Below are positions 1 to 8,458 of a stretch of DNA of 37,887 nt, piece after piece. Below the pieces are notes generated by a model. The model made no database searches. It worked only from the letters and a program-made list of their open reading frames with translations, and had not been told where the DNA came from. The translations under genes and the position numbers were made by a program. The stretch lies in IMG/VR virus record IMGVR_UViG_3300029868_000014, positions 1 to 37,887 of that record. One strand, written 5' to 3'. Source of the stretch: a virus. Numbering within the stretch: the stretch's first letter is position 1; every line of letters begins with the position of its first letter.

Positions 1-119
1 AATATGAGTCGGGCTATGGAATTGAGTGTTCGATGTCTATGCGTGAATGGCTTGTTAAAGACGACCGCGCAATGATTAAGACTGCGCGAGGCGCGCTCAA
101 AGCAACACTAGGAGAACCC
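1..119. repeat. Terminal direct repeat, copy 1 (circular-closure overlap)
   Basis: Bases 1-119 are letter-for-letter identical to 37769-37887. Confidence 0.95.
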
Positions 120-128
120 AATGAGTGA
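1..128 (+). CDS. 3' end of the junction-spanning hypothetical gene that starts at 37570 (duplicate sequence plus last codons, stop TGA 126-128)
   Basis: The reading frame from ATG 37570 runs off the window end. It continues in phase through the repeat and stops at 126-128. Confidence 0.6.
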   Translation, partial: YESGYGIECSMSMREWLVKDDRAMIKTARGALKATLGEPNE

Positions 129-498
129 TAGTAAAATGATGCCGCGAGTTCCACTTTTAGCTATGTTGCAGGCTTACAGCGAGGCGCAATCAACATGCCC
201 GCTGGGGCAGGATAGGCGCGCATTTCGATATCAAGCCATGTATGACGCAGCCCCAGATCAAACAACCACCAGCCTAGTTCAGGTGAAGCGGTTGGTTTGG
301 GATGATTATGGACCAGCGGGGGCTAGGGCCATTACAAAGTCTGGGGATTATCTTATTCAGCAAGATATTGCTGGCGAATGGAGCGCTTGGAACGAAAATG
401 TCGATGGTTTTGAAGCGGCTGAGTACACAAAGAGCTCCGTAATCGCCGCATGTCAGTCCGACTACGAGCAACGCATACTGTCTGGGATCGTGTTATGA
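121..498 (+). CDS. Hypothetical protein, 125 aa
   Basis: AGGAGAA SD sits just upstream. The ATG overlaps the preceding stop (ATGAGTGA). No recognisable family. Confidence 0.7.
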   Translation: MSDSKMMPRVPLLAMLQAYSEAQSTCPLGQDRRAFRYQAMYDAAPDQTTTSLVQVKRLVWDDYGPAGARAITKSGDYLIQQDIAGEWSAWNENVDGFEAAEYTKSSVIAACQSDYEQRILSGIVL

Positions 499-821
499 GT
501 AAACTTAGCGAACGTATTGCAGCTTTGACAGGGCCTTGTAGAGAGATTGATGCGGAGATTGAGCGCGTCACAACTACAGGCTACGGAGCTATACCAACAC
601 CCTCGTTCACTTCCTCACTAGACGCTATAACACAGCTGATAGAGAAGGGGGGGCATATGTGGGTATTAGAGCAAGGCGGCAAAAACCTGTACTCATGTCA
701 AGTTTGCACCAATGGAGAATATATTGGGTGGATTTCATTTCATGACGCACCTACGCCAGCAATAGCTCTATGCGTTGCATTTATGAAAGTTAAGGAGGCT
801 AACAATGAAACAGATAGATGA
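495..821 (+). CDS. Hypothetical protein, 108 aa
   Basis: ATG 495 overlaps the upstream stop as ATGA. The longer 450 start lacks an RBS. Confidence 0.65.
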   Translation: MSKLSERIAALTGPCREIDAEIERVTTTGYGAIPTPSFTSSLDAITQLIEKGGHMWVLEQGGKNLYSCQVCTNGEYIGWISFHDAPTPAIALCVAFMKVKEANNETDR

Positions 822-1011
822 ACAAGAAGAGCTAGTGAAGACTGCGCGTGAGGCGCTACGGCTATTTAACATCCTCTTGGATGAGAATAAAAAGCCGCCA
901 CATCTAAGAGCCGCATGGGTCGACGATGATTTAATGATGTGGATTGGATCATGCATGGGGGCGCTTGAGCAGTCCCTACCCAATCAACCAGATGAACTGG
1001 AGGCGTCATGA
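805..1011 (+). CDS. Hypothetical protein, 68 aa
   Basis: AAGGAGG SD lies 6 nt upstream of the ATG. Confidence 0.65.
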   Translation: MKQIDEQEELVKTAREALRLFNILLDENKKPPHLRAAWVDDDLMMWIGSCMGALEQSLPNQPDELEAS

Positions 1012-1247
1012 CCTTAACTCAACAAATCAGGGCCCACATTGAAGCTTTAAACGCGGAAGATTGCGACGATAAAGTTGACGTAAAACTAGCCACAAATATC
1101 AACTTCGCTAAATCAACCGCGGTCTTAGCTTTTTATAATCACGGCGCTGATTTCGCCCGCCATCTACTCGCTGAAAACTCACGGATTTTGAAAGCCCTTA
1201 GAAAGTTGCGCGGCGAGCAATTAATTCAACCAAGTGAAGGAGAGTGA
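1008..1247 (+). CDS. Hypothetical protein, 79 aa
   Basis: ATGA start/stop overlap with the upstream ORF. Confidence 0.65.
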   Translation: MTLTQQIRAHIEALNAEDCDDKVDVKLATNINFAKSTAVLAFYNHGADFARHLLAENSRILKALRKLRGEQLIQPSEGE

Positions 1248-1248
1248 T

Positions 1249-1479
1249 ATGAGTATGTTAGAGCGCCAGTTAAAAGCTCTGCTTCTGGTTCACGGATACG
1301 ATGAAATGAACGCTCACGAGGAAGCGCTGCTTATGATGTCGGTTACGAAGGACGCCACCCAAGGCAAACCGTTTGACGAGTTAATTAAAGCCGCCGAAAT
1401 GGTGGTGATCCTTAGCGACGAAACAGATTTAGCCGTTCAAGATTTAGCTAGAGCGTTAAGGAGCTACCAAAGCTCTTAA
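1249..1479 (+). CDS. Hypothetical protein, 76 aa (last gene of the plus-strand early operon)
   Basis: GAAGGAGAG SD. ATG 1249 follows the upstream TGA directly. The track start at 1234 is a GTG inside the SD. Confidence 0.65.
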   Translation: MSMLERQLKALLLVHGYDEMNAHEEALLMMSVTKDATQGKPFDELIKAAEMVVILSDETDLAVQDLARALRSYQSS

Positions 1480-1991
1480 TCCCTGCGAGATAGTTGCGCG
1501 TCTTTTTCTTTAGAGCCCCGTGATGAGCCAAACTCAAAACCGTACACATCTTTAACGATGGTGATAAGAGCGCCGCCAAGAATGAGGATTAAGTCCCGTG
1601 CTGGTCCAGATTCCATAGGGATAAAGAATGCAAAGGCTAGCGCGGCTATAAGGCCAGCAATAGACGCAAAAGCTAGAATATCGCCTCTCCAGTTATGCTT
1701 GCCTGAATTCATCATAGCAATATCACGCTGTCGTGCGTTCTGGCGGTCTGCTAAATAAGCCTTTTCAAGATCCACATCCAATTGCGCGGCTTGCTTTTGA
1801 AACTCGGCTCTCAAGGCAACGTTTTGATCTAACTCCCGCTGAATATCCTCATGATTTGTAAGGCCTGTCACACGCTTACCTATAGAAAATAAGCTGTCTG
1901 CCACATCACCAGCCGTATCACCACCAAAGCGCCTAATAAGGCCGGGGGCATACTTAGTTGCTAAACTCAGTCCTATTGAAATCGCGTCCAT
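1476..1991 (-). CDS. Putative holin (architecture like GTA-type 3TM holins): soluble coiled N-terminal half, C-terminal TM helices
   Basis: Sits immediately downstream of the endolysin. Hydrophobic segments ILAFASIAGLIAALAFAFFI and LILILGGALITIV. Contains a DRQNARQRD-type segment seen in that holin family. Confidence 0.45.
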   Translation of the reverse strand: MDAISIGLSLATKYAPGLIRRFGGDTAGDVADSLFSIGKRVTGLTNHEDIQRELDQNVALRAEFQKQAAQLDVDLEKAYLADRQNARQRDIAMMNSGKHNWRGDILAFASIAGLIAALAFAFFIPMESGPARDLILILGGALITIVKDVYGFEFGSSRGSKEKDAQLSRRD

Positions 1992-1995
1992 AACT

Positions 1996-2406
1996 CTATC
2001 CTCTCAATTCAAAATGCGGAAGGTCATTAAAGTTTTGGTCTCTATAATCCCCGTCCATATCCCAGTCAGCGCCCCAGCGTACTGTAAGCCCTAGTTCATT
2101 AGCACATGATAGAACGACACCACCAAGCACCATAAAGCGCCTCAAATCGCCCCAATCAATCGGATAAGGGGAAAGGTCTATAGCGTGTGAAGGGGTGTAA
2201 TTGTGTCTACCTAAATGAGTGACACCGTCAATCTTTGACTTACCTTGGTCGAATAGCTCTTTTTGGCGTTCAATTGTTCTAGCGCCTTCAAGCACAGTGA
2301 AGTCAAAAGGAACTCGCTTTTCAACTAATCTAATAAGCTTGATTAGGTCCTTATGGCAGGTCGATAGCTTCTTAATCGATGTTTCGCCTAGTTTTGCTTT
2401 TTGCAT
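1996..2406 (-). CDS. Endolysin, peptidase M15 (VanY / L-alanyl-D-glutamate peptidase-like)
   Basis: Motifs GARTIERQKELF ... SHAIDL ... RWGADWD ... DLPHFEL match the zinc D,D-/L,D-peptidase M15 signature. Confidence 0.85.
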   Translation of the reverse strand: MQKAKLGETSIKKLSTCHKDLIKLIRLVEKRVPFDFTVLEGARTIERQKELFDQGKSKIDGVTHLGRHNYTPSHAIDLSPYPIDWGDLRRFMVLGGVVLSCANELGLTVRWGADWDMDGDYRDQNFNDLPHFELRG

Positions 2407-2433
2407 TTCTTTGCTCTCCGTAAGATCCCACTT

Positions 2434-2928
2434 CTAGCTTTCGTGATTAGTATCACGGCTAGAGCGAACAGAAGAGGGGTTAATACTAGCAAAGCCACTT
2501 TTAACACCCTTCCCTATAAGCTGAGACAACTTCTCGCCCGTGAAGATCCAAAGAAGACTTAAGTAGCTCAACCCTGTCATCAGAGATAAGTACAGGTACG
2601 TGCTCTCTTGTCCGTTCAAAACAAAAGCAAAATTCACCCCGAGGCTCAATGTGTGAAACGCAGCTATCCACCAAATCCATATCTTGTTGTAAGCATTCGC
2701 TAACCATGTGAACGTGACGACGGTCACGAAATCAATGAAAACAAACGTGCCTACAGGCGCAAACTCTCCAAGAGAAAGTTGAGCCGTCATGGTCGCTGTC
2801 CACGCTAGGAGCATAACAAGACTTGTCGACAATCTCAAGTAGTCATCGGCTTTCATTAGCCGGTAAAGCGAAAACAAGATTACGCAGATAAGTGTGAATA
2901 GAAAAACTTGAGCCTCAGGGTGTAACAT
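2434..2928 (-). CDS. Polytopic membrane protein in the lysis cassette (about 5 TM; holin or antiholin candidate)
   Basis: 164 aa, almost entirely hydrophobic helices, adjacent to the endolysin. Confidence 0.6.
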   Translation of the reverse strand: MLHPEAQVFLFTLICVILFSLYRLMKADDYLRLSTSLVMLLAWTATMTAQLSLGEFAPVGTFVFIDFVTVVTFTWLANAYNKIWIWWIAAFHTLSLGVNFAFVLNGQESTYLYLSLMTGLSYLSLLWIFTGEKLSQLIGKGVKSGFASINPSSVRSSRDTNHES

Positions 2929-2929
2929 T

Positions 2930-3247
2930 TTATTCCGCCGCTGGAGGCTTATTACCCCCGCCAGCGAGAGGAACAGGCATCCCCTCTTCGTTCAGCATAC
3001 GCGTCGCGTCTTCGTGCAAATCTTCAACCGCGCCTTTAAACATGTCAAAAGAAGTCATTACACGATTCAAACGTCTATCAATTCTTGCGCACTTACAGTT
3101 TGTCAGATCTAGCGCGGCTTGGACCGTAAGAGCCGCGTTTGATAATTCGGTAAGGTTAGCTTGTGTAGCAGAAAAATCAGCCTCGATAGCGTGTAGAGGT
3201 GAAGCGCTTTCAGCTACCGCCGCGTTTTTCTGTTCGTTGGTTAGCAT
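2930..3247 (-). CDS. Hypothetical protein, 105 aa
   Basis: AAAGGAAT SD upstream. Predicted helical, with no signal peptide or lipobox. Confidence 0.6.
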   Translation of the reverse strand: MLTNEQKNAAVAESASPLHAIEADFSATQANLTELSNAALTVQAALDLTNCKCARIDRRLNRVMTSFDMFKGAVEDLHEDATRMLNEEGMPVPLAGGGNKPPAAE

Positions 3248-3485
3248 TATCTGAATTCCTTTCAGTGAGTTTGTACAATGTTTTTACGTCGTTTTGTAAA
3301 ACAGCGATATCTTGGCCTTGTCCAGCTAACCCGTCAATCTTTTTAAGTATAAGCGTTTGGGTCTCTTTGATAAACGTTATCTGTGTTTCAGAAGTGGTCA
3401 ATTTCTTAACCACCATTAGAGCAAAACCACCGAAAAGAGTCGCTATCGTTAGGGCTAAACTCCAACCAGCTACAGTTGTAATCAT
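3210..3485 (-). CDS. N-terminally anchored membrane protein, 91 aa (i-spanin-like topology)
   Basis: ATGA overlap with the tailspike stop. One N-terminal TM (WSLALTIATLFGGFALMVV) followed by a helical region. Confidence 0.6.
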   Translation of the reverse strand: MITTVAGWSLALTIATLFGGFALMVVKKLTTSETQITFIKETQTLILKKIDGLAGQGQDIAVLQNDVKTLYKLTERNSDNANQRTEKRGGS

Positions 3486-5926
3486 GACGTAGCCACCGAT
3501 GGCGCCGCATCTCGGTAGACTTCACCGATACCTGATGCAGCGTCCTTAAACACGGATGAGCCATAAATCTTAACCTCACTACCGAGAACAATTCTACCGG
3601 ATGTTGTTCTGAAATGCGCCTCGCTTGCCGCCGTGGCAGACCGGATTGATTTTCCGGCAGTCCAAAGTATCGAAGCGGCTGGGTCTACTGCGTCAACGCG
3701 CCAATTTGATGAGCTAATGGAAGTGCTCGAAAATGCAGCGCCGCCACCAACCGTCGTGTCAATAACCGCAACTGTTGCCGATTGAACTTCGATAATTTCG
3801 CCGACACCAGAGCCGGATGTTTGCTCATCAATGAAGTCACCGACATGTTCAGGTTGGAACGTGCCAGCACCCGCCGTGACTAGAACAGCCGCCCCAGATG
3901 TAGCGGAAAGAGTTAATGTCTGCGCAACTGTGAAGGACAAAGCCCCACTTAACGAAATAGCTGTCGCGCTATAATTACCGGCTGGGCTGAGAGTATTAAT
4001 AACACCTTGGTAAGTAATATTAAGTCTAGATCTAAATGTGCGTGTATCGATCTTAAGACCGTCGCGCTCAACAGCTGTAACGTCGCCGCCATAGCAGTTA
4101 AAAGTAGCGTTGCCGCCTGATGCAGCTTCACCCGCCGACGCATCCATCAAAACAGCAGAGAATTGGTACACCCCAGAGAAACCATAACAGTTAACAGTTA
4201 AGTTTGTCTGGTTTACCTCGTCTCTAGGATCAATGAAGAAGCCATAACGACACCTCGACTGTGTTCCGTCGACATTAAAGAAGTTAAACGTGCCGGGCGC
4301 CTCGTCTATAGGACCCCCGAACCACTGAACTAGCGCAATAGGGGCAGTGCCAGCCGCGCCACGAATTCGCAACCCATCCACATTAATATTATACCCTTGC
4401 AGTACAGCTCCACCCTCACCGGATGTTGCTATCACTTCAGCATCAATATCGGCAAAGTCAAAACATATATGACCCGTATGAGAATCAATAGCCGCAGCCC
4501 TAATACGTTCGCCCCGAATACCTCTAGCATGGCCACCTTGACCACAAACATTATCATAACGGTTGCCCGGCGTGCCTGTTCCGCCGTCGCCTATCGTTAC
4601 AATATGCCTAACATTATTACCGACAATATGACTTAAAGAAGGGTTGTAGCATCCGCCCACGTTAAACGCGTAACCTGTACCCGTAGCAAAAGAATCTTCG
4701 CCTAGACAGTTAAGAACAGTGAGATTGTAACACAACACAAAGGTATAAGAGGAATTATCAAAATTCATCACCGAGCAATTCTGAAGAGCCGGGACAGCTT
4801 GGTCGAATCTAACACCAGTCGATCCAGCAACAGGTGTGGCGGCGCTGTTGGATATCTCAACCCCATCCCAATCAACTATCATAGTTTCAGGACAGATGAA
4901 GATTCTGGCATTATCAGACATCAAAAGCGACCGTGGAATAGACTCGTTAAGAGTGATTAGCTGGCTTTGTCCAAGGGTAACCCTCGAAAAAAACGTCTTC
5001 TTGCCATTCACACCCGCTTGCTGGGAGCCGTGAAAATTAGCCTCAGAATAAACTAGCGCAAGATCACCCGTAGCATATCCCGTACCGTCCGCCGTAACTG
5101 TTACGGTTGTATCGCCAATATCGACGTTGGTTGTTAAAAGTAACTCATCGGTAAAGCCCGGACCTGCGAACCATATAAACCTAGTATTGAGCAGCGGATT
5201 ACAAGCCAGCTTTAAGTCACGCCACTTGTACGTGCCCACTGTCTGTTCAAGGTATCCAGTCAAACTATTAAGCAAGTATGTAGAACCGCCATTGCCTTGC
5301 AGGATTAAACTGTTATCCCGCGCATAATCTCTAGCAATGAAGAATGCCGTCTCGTCGTCAGTAATAGCATCGCCCTTAGCACCCGCCATTTCAGGCAACA
5401 CAATGCCTTGGTCAATAATTCTAAACCATCTACCGTCGCCGCCCTCGTCTGAGGCGATAATAAAACCAGTAATAGCCGTGGCTGATGAGGTAGAATCCCA
5501 TTCGAAATTACCTTGGCCACCATCAAGCGATGTTGCGAAGGAACCCACATAACGATTTTCTTCGTCCACCAAATTTGATTTTAATATAGCGGTAAGCTGA
5601 GCAATGTTGTCCAAGGATGGTCTGCCCGACCCTAAAGGATTAACATGATCAGCCTCATCTATTTGGGCTCCCTCCGCATCCTTCAAGACGAATTTATAAG
5701 CACTATCCGCTAAGTATATGGCTCCAAACCGACCATCCGAACCCGTGACCTGATTGCCGATTGTAGCACCACTTGCCGGGTTAGCGTTTGGTGTGGTCCT
5801 ATCAGCATCTGAAAAGGTACTCGAAGGCTCTGTGGTGCCAGCCTTGTAGCTTTCAAGCTTAGCGCCAATAATTGGGACACCGGACGTGTCCAAAATCTGA
5901 ACAAACGGGGAGTAAAATATAGCCAT
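3482..5926 (-). CDS. Tailspike / tail fibre with pectate-lyase-type beta-helix (putative polysaccharide depolymerase)
   Basis: 814 aa. Podovirus-type N-terminal particle-binding region. GAKGDAITDDETAF matches the Pectate_lyase_3 signature GAKGDGxTDDT. G/S/T/N-rich beta-helix composition. Confidence 0.75.
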   Translation of the reverse strand: MAIFYSPFVQILDTSGVPIIGAKLESYKAGTTEPSSTFSDADRTTPNANPASGATIGNQVTGSDGRFGAIYLADSAYKFVLKDAEGAQIDEADHVNPLGSGRPSLDNIAQLTAILKSNLVDEENRYVGSFATSLDGGQGNFEWDSTSSATAITGFIIASDEGGDGRWFRIIDQGIVLPEMAGAKGDAITDDETAFFIARDYARDNSLILQGNGGSTYLLNSLTGYLEQTVGTYKWRDLKLACNPLLNTRFIWFAGPGFTDELLLTTNVDIGDTTVTVTADGTGYATGDLALVYSEANFHGSQQAGVNGKKTFFSRVTLGQSQLITLNESIPRSLLMSDNARIFICPETMIVDWDGVEISNSAATPVAGSTGVRFDQAVPALQNCSVMNFDNSSYTFVLCYNLTVLNCLGEDSFATGTGYAFNVGGCYNPSLSHIVGNNVRHIVTIGDGGTGTPGNRYDNVCGQGGHARGIRGERIRAAAIDSHTGHICFDFADIDAEVIATSGEGGAVLQGYNINVDGLRIRGAAGTAPIALVQWFGGPIDEAPGTFNFFNVDGTQSRCRYGFFIDPRDEVNQTNLTVNCYGFSGVYQFSAVLMDASAGEAASGGNATFNCYGGDVTAVERDGLKIDTRTFRSRLNITYQGVINTLSPAGNYSATAISLSGALSFTVAQTLTLSATSGAAVLVTAGAGTFQPEHVGDFIDEQTSGSGVGEIIEVQSATVAVIDTTVGGGAAFSSTSISSSNWRVDAVDPAASILWTAGKSIRSATAASEAHFRTTSGRIVLGSEVKIYGSSVFKDAASGIGEVYRDAAPSVATS

Positions 5927-6114
5927 CTAAAGCGCTCCTAGTGACTTACGAGAAAACATAGCTATATTCATCTCATGGGTCCATTTAGAAAAATGCCGGA
6001 CGAACGCGCTGGCACACAATTAGTAAAAAACGTTGTCTTCTGGATTGTAACCTTACCGTTACTATACGGATGGATGTCGTTTGGTGTATGGGTGAAGCAA
6101 GTATTCATCTGGGA

Positions 6115-8457
6115 TTAATTCCTAACACGCTCACTTGCGATTGCTGCCGGTGCCAATAATGGCCCTACAATCTGTCTCCCAGCCGCTAACGCGTTAGGCC
6201 CACCCTGTTCTTGAGCCAGAACACCTTGCAAGGCACGCTCGATAATGGGGCGCTGTTCAGCTGGAGTTGAGAACAATATACGTTGTATCTCCTCTTGCAC
6301 GGCTGGACTGGAAGGCGAATCACCACGCCTTAATAGATTTGTAACAGACCTAAGCATAGCAATAGGATTACCGCTACCAGCCAAACCTATATCTGTGGCG
6401 GCTTCTGTTACTTCACCAAGCCGTTCAGCAGCACGTTGACGGCCTTGAGTCGGAGAACCTTGACGGACATTGACCGCACGGAAGTTTTCAGCCCGCTGCG
6501 CCTCCGACGCCATTCTTTTAGCAAAGCTATTAAAAGCGGTATCATTACCAAACGCTGCCCTGATAACATCTCTTTGCTGATCGGTGTTGAAGAACCTTCT
6601 AATTGGGTTAGCTGGGTCTGTACCTAAATCAACAGGCTCGGCACCAGTGCGAACTATGGGAGAAGGCGCTGTTCTCATCTGGTTAACAACCGACCTAGCC
6701 ACACCTACCCGGAAAGCCGCTAATTCATCAGCAGACATGTTAGAAATAGTTTCAACAACCGCTTCCGGTGCTCTTCTTGCTTTGGCGCTTCTGATTAAAC
6801 TCTCGCCAAGTTCTAAAGCTTCTTCTTGAGCGGCTGGACCTGCAAATGCTTTTCGCGCTGATGAGTATATACCCGGATATTGGTCGTCAAGAAATGACAC
6901 ATATCGGCTTTTCAATGCCGTTAAATCACCTACAGCTGTCGCGTCTGTTCGGCTTTGCGCAGTGTTTATCAGCTCGTCAATAGTTCTTTTTATTCTGTCT
7001 AAAACGTCTGGTGTTAAATTCTTTTCTATATCAATAACAACACCATCACGGCTTAAAGCCGACGACGCAGATTGTTTAGCGGCTCTCGTAAATAAAGGAT
7101 TATCAAAAAACGATTCCAACTTTAATGTCTGTTCGGAAGGTGCTGCTCTACCAGCTTCACCCCCCGCCCTGCCTGTAACATTTGAAGATCGCGGGATAGG
7201 TGGCAGTGATCTAAATTGTGCATAAAGCGGCGCTGCGGCAATTTTAGCTTTCTCAATACTCTGCGATCTGGAAAGAAAATCAGAACCATCAGAACCTATA
7301 GCGGCGCGCAAATCCTCAGCAACGCGAGATTCAACATTAGACTGTCTAATCCTAACCTTTGCCAAGCCCTTGATAGCTGCCTCGCTACCTGTTGCCGCGC
7401 CACCTTTTGCTAAATCAAGTAGCTGAGGCCCAGCCATTTCGAAAATGAAATCAGACTCAATGCCTAGCTCTTTTGCCCGGTCTAACCGCGCTTGAAACTG
7501 TTCAGCTGTAAAACCATCCTGTTCAACTCGCTGCATGATCTTATTCATAGCCCGGCGCTGATCTTTTGTGACGTTACGTCCTGTTCGAATGTTGTTGAAA
7601 GCCCTACCAGCACTCCTGCTGATCACACTGCCCGCTCTAGTAATACCTTCAATAACTAAGGGAGAGGCCCCACCCAGAAGCCCGCCAGTGACAGCACCAA
7701 CACCAGCACTTGGTAAACGCTCCCCGAAATCACCTTCAGATTCGCCAAAACCAACAACACCGCCAGTTGTGGCACCAAGTCCAGAACTACGCGCCGCTAA
7801 ACTTCCTCGACTTGTAGCTTGGCCTAAGAACCTTGCAGCAGGGGCACCACCAATGACACCACCTCCAGCCGCTTCCAAACCAAAGCTAGTCACAGGAGCC
7901 GCTTCACGGCTTTCTTTTAATTGTTGCCGTGTTACATCTCTTTGTTGCTGAGCTGCTTCACCCATAGTTCTACCAGAACCAAAACTTGTAAGATTCCGTA
8001 AGGGTTGCGTGGCGCCTACAATACCGGCTTCAATTTCATCAGCAAACCCCAATGTCGCACCTTGCGCGGCAAGCTGACTAGCACGCCCTAATAACGGTCT
8101 AGGCTCATCACCAGCAAGGCCAGATAACTGAGCTGACACGCCAAAAATAGCCGTAGGCAACGCAGCCGGGTCTGTAAATCTGGAGATACTTTGTGATAGC
8201 TCGCCGCGAACTTCTGCCCGTCTTTTCTTCTCGCGAAGCTCTTCAAGCCTAGCAAATTGTACACGTTCTCCTGCTTCCTCCCTCTCTCTTGGCAAGACAA
8301 GTGAAGGGGACGGCTGTCCAGTCGGAACCTGTGGCGCTGGAGCCTCCAAAACAGGACCGCCTATAGGCCCTGATTGAGCTTGTCGCGAACGCAATTCCTC
8401 TAGGCGTTGCCTTGGAGTTTGTTGTATTGGCTGATGTGTATTACCTTGATGTGGCAC
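6115..8457 (-). CDS. Putative internal virion / DNA-ejection protein (largest, 780 aa)
   Basis: A/G/Q/R-rich and low-complexity. Position is equivalent to P22 gp16. GTG start with GGAGG SD. N-terminus is M-P-H-Q. Confidence 0.55.
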   Translation of the reverse strand: MPHQGNTHQPIQQTPRQRLEELRSRQAQSGPIGGPVLEAPAPQVPTGQPSPSLVLPREREEAGERVQFARLEELREKKRRAEVRGELSQSISRFTDPAALPTAIFGVSAQLSGLAGDEPRPLLGRASQLAAQGATLGFADEIEAGIVGATQPLRNLTSFGSGRTMGEAAQQQRDVTRQQLKESREAAPVTSFGLEAAGGGVIGGAPAARFLGQATSRGSLAARSSGLGATTGGVVGFGESEGDFGERLPSAGVGAVTGGLLGGASPLVIEGITRAGSVISRSAGRAFNNIRTGRNVTKDQRRAMNKIMQRVEQDGFTAEQFQARLDRAKELGIESDFIFEMAGPQLLDLAKGGAATGSEAAIKGLAKVRIRQSNVESRVAEDLRAAIGSDGSDFLSRSQSIEKAKIAAAPLYAQFRSLPPIPRSSNVTGRAGGEAGRAAPSEQTLKLESFFDNPLFTRAAKQSASSALSRDGVVIDIEKNLTPDVLDRIKRTIDELINTAQSRTDATAVGDLTALKSRYVSFLDDQYPGIYSSARKAFAGPAAQEEALELGESLIRSAKARRAPEAVVETISNMSADELAAFRVGVARSVVNQMRTAPSPIVRTGAEPVDLGTDPANPIRRFFNTDQQRDVIRAAFGNDTAFNSFAKRMASEAQRAENFRAVNVRQGSPTQGRQRAAERLGEVTEAATDIGLAGSGNPIAMLRSVTNLLRRGDSPSSPAVQEEIQRILFSTPAEQRPIIERALQGVLAQEQGGPNALAAGRQIVGPLLAPAAIASERVRN

Positions 8458-8458
8458 C

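Noticed and set aside
5975-6118. 47-aa plus-strand ORF with one hydrophobic helix in the tailspike-upstream spacer
   Set aside because: It has no SD, runs antisense to the late operon, and overlaps the stop of the 780-aa gene.
7568-7951. 127-aa P/A-rich plus-strand ORF; similar antisense ORFs occur throughout 3400-20100
   Set aside because: These are antisense shadows of long, well-supported minus-strand structural genes. They have no RBS and biased composition.
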